From Mustelus asterias (lineage: Eukaryota): a DNA stretch of 64,000 nucleotides. The notes beneath the pieces were generated by a model that saw nothing but the letters and a program-made list of their open reading frames with translations, made no database searches and was not told the origin of the DNA. Of this stretch, positions 62,098-64,000 are shown piece after piece. The stretch lies in assembly GCF_964213995.1 (NCBI RefSeq), contig NW_027590119.1:868001-932000 (forward strand), in the 5' to 3' direction. Each line of letters begins with the position of its first letter. Position 1 is the stretch's first letter. A program made the position numbers and the translations under genes.

Positions 62098-63510
62098 TGT
62101 GGGAACTTCAGTCCACAAATAAGGTAGTCGAATGCATTGTTAAAAGCAGAATGTTCTTTATATAAATAAATAACAAAGTTTAAAAATCATTGGCAAACAA
62201 AAGGAAACAGGAGCATTGGAACCAGCCTGGACTTGCAGACTGAAACCCCACCCAAAGCCCGCACGTGCTCAGAAGGGAGAGAGGCTGAGAAGAACACTCT
62301 GTAACACTTCTCCTCCCCTTAAATTTCAATCCCCCATCAGGACAGAAATACAACAAAGTAATGTCTTTAACAATACGGAAGTCTGTCAGGAGCTTTGTGG
62401 TTGCATTGCGACCTGTACAATACCACTGGTAAATCTTGTAATGGTGTTTCTGGAATGGGAGGTGAAGAGGTAGTTTGAGAATCTGTACATGAACATTCCT
62501 CTTCCACTCCCACAGCAGAGTCAACTGGCAAAGCTGGAACCATTTCCTGGTGAACATCCACAGCAGCATGACCCTCTGCCATGTTCTCAGTAATGGTTGC
62601 TGACTCTGAAACTGTTCCTGACTCGGGGTCACACCGCAAGCGAATATGATACTGGACCACTTTGGTTTAAAATTATTCCCGGTAACCACCTTTGGTTACT
62701 CCCAAAGTTTCTGATGTAAACCTGATCACCCGGTTTGAACTGCCTCTCTTTGGCGTGGCAGTCGTGTCCCTCCTTCTGCTTCTCTTGTCTCCTGCTCACT
62801 TTTGCTCTGAGATCTGGATGAAGCAGATCCAGATGAGACTTCAACCGTCGACCAAAAAATTCCACAGGAGAGTCCGGTTGTGGATTGTGGTGTGATGCGA
62901 AACTGGAACAAAAATCTTGAGAGCTTGTTCCTAAAGTATCGCCTGCCATTCTTTTCAATCCCTCCTTCAGACTTTGAACAGCTCTTTCTGCGAGACCATT
63001 TGTACAGTAAGAAGTTTAACAACACCAGGTTAAAGTCCAACAGGTTCATTTGTTAGCAAATGCCACGAGCTAACAAATGCATTTGCTAACAAATAAACCT
63101 ATTGGACTTTAACCTGTTGTTGTTAAACTTCTGACTGTGTTTACCCCAGTCCAACGCCAGCATCTCCACATCATGAAGACCATTTGTAGCCAGATGAAAT
63201 GGTGCAGTACGCACATGACGTAGACCATTCCTTTACAGGAATTCCTGAAACACCTCACTTGTAAACAGAGTGTTGTTATCTGAAACAAGCCAATCTGGTA
63301 ACCCAGGGCAAGTGAAAATTTGACAGAGCTTCTCTGTTGTCACAGGAGCTGGAATATTACTCATGATCTGTGCTTCCAACCATTTTGAATGCACATTTAC
63401 AATGACCAAACACATGTGATTCATGAAAGGCCCCCCAAAGGCCACATTTAGTCTGGACCACGGCCTATCAGGCCACTCCCAAGGATGAAGTGGTAATGTA
63501 CCCAGTGTGT
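62098..63510 (-). mobile_element. Gypsy-like retrotransposon remnant: integrase, PPT and 3' LTR (62306-62098)
   Basis: Minus strand GPFMNHMCLVIVNVHSKWLE, LVSDN, HVRTAPFHLATNG|LAERAVQSLKEGL, FKPGDQVYIRN...GPVSY. Confidence 0.85.
63005..63176 (+). mobile_element. Penelope-derived hairpin mini-insertion nested in the Gypsy integrase, 12-bp TSD
   Basis: Inverted arms; TSD AGACCATTTGTA at 62993-63004 and 63177-63188. Confidence 0.82.
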
Positions 63511-64000
63511 TGTGCCTGATTCAATCGACAAACAGTTTATTGAGCTAGGCCAGCGGGGAGAAGCCACAGGGGCTGACCATGTGCAACTCCATCCAACACA
63601 GAATATCATCAATTCTTATCCAGTTACTCAGCTCATCCTGGCTGGACATAATCCAATCAGAATGGTGATAGATTACATACATTATAGGTTCAATAAAATT
63701 AGTATCTGGGCATCATGGGGCTTTGTGATAATCTCATGGACAGGTGCCCCCATCATGATGCTTTCCAGACCCCCCTTGAGGGGGTCTTTCTTGGGCTTTC
63801 TTTGTCCATAGACTCCCTTAGTTAGAAATGGGGTGAATTAAAAGTTCTCAAATGGACGTCAGCACCCTTCCTTTGTTTTAATCTAATGACCACATGGTCT
63901 GGGAATCATTTCTATTTCATGCTCTCTCTTTTTAAACTCTTTTCTTCAGTATCCAATTCCAGAATTTTCCTTTTCTTTGTGTTACTTGCGTCAGGAATAA

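Overview
Vertebrate genomic DNA, almost certainly from a shark or other elasmobranch, based on HE1-type tRNA-derived SINEs, HER1/CR1 LINEs, Penelope elements and 'MEKPWKC' zinc-finger genes. The window is a birth-and-death cluster of ten C2H2 zinc-finger loci plus two array-less relics. About five or six loci have clean ORFs and the rest carry stops, frameshifts or LINE truncation. Several are arranged head-to-head around CpG-rich promoters. All loci share one architecture: a CpG promoter with NRF1/CCAAT/YY1/CRE motifs (most also carry a conserved GGAGGACC...GGTCCTCC palindrome), a ~400-bp non-coding intron module (divergent in genes 1, 6 and 7), a fossil stop-interrupted three-finger leader, a new Kozak ATG made from a TGEKP linker, and a bare finger array with no KRAB/SCAN/BTB domain visible. 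Between the genes are CR1, L2, Rex1/Babar-like and Tx1-like LINE fragments, many SINEs, a Gypsy remnant, Penelope fragments and small Penelope-derived hairpin inserts with hammerhead-like cores and TSDs, two decayed tRNA genes, and a 4.9-kb G-rich minisatellite with higher-order structure. All calls were made by eye; repeat boundaries are approximate (+/-10-20 bp) and family names need Dfam/Repbase confirmation.
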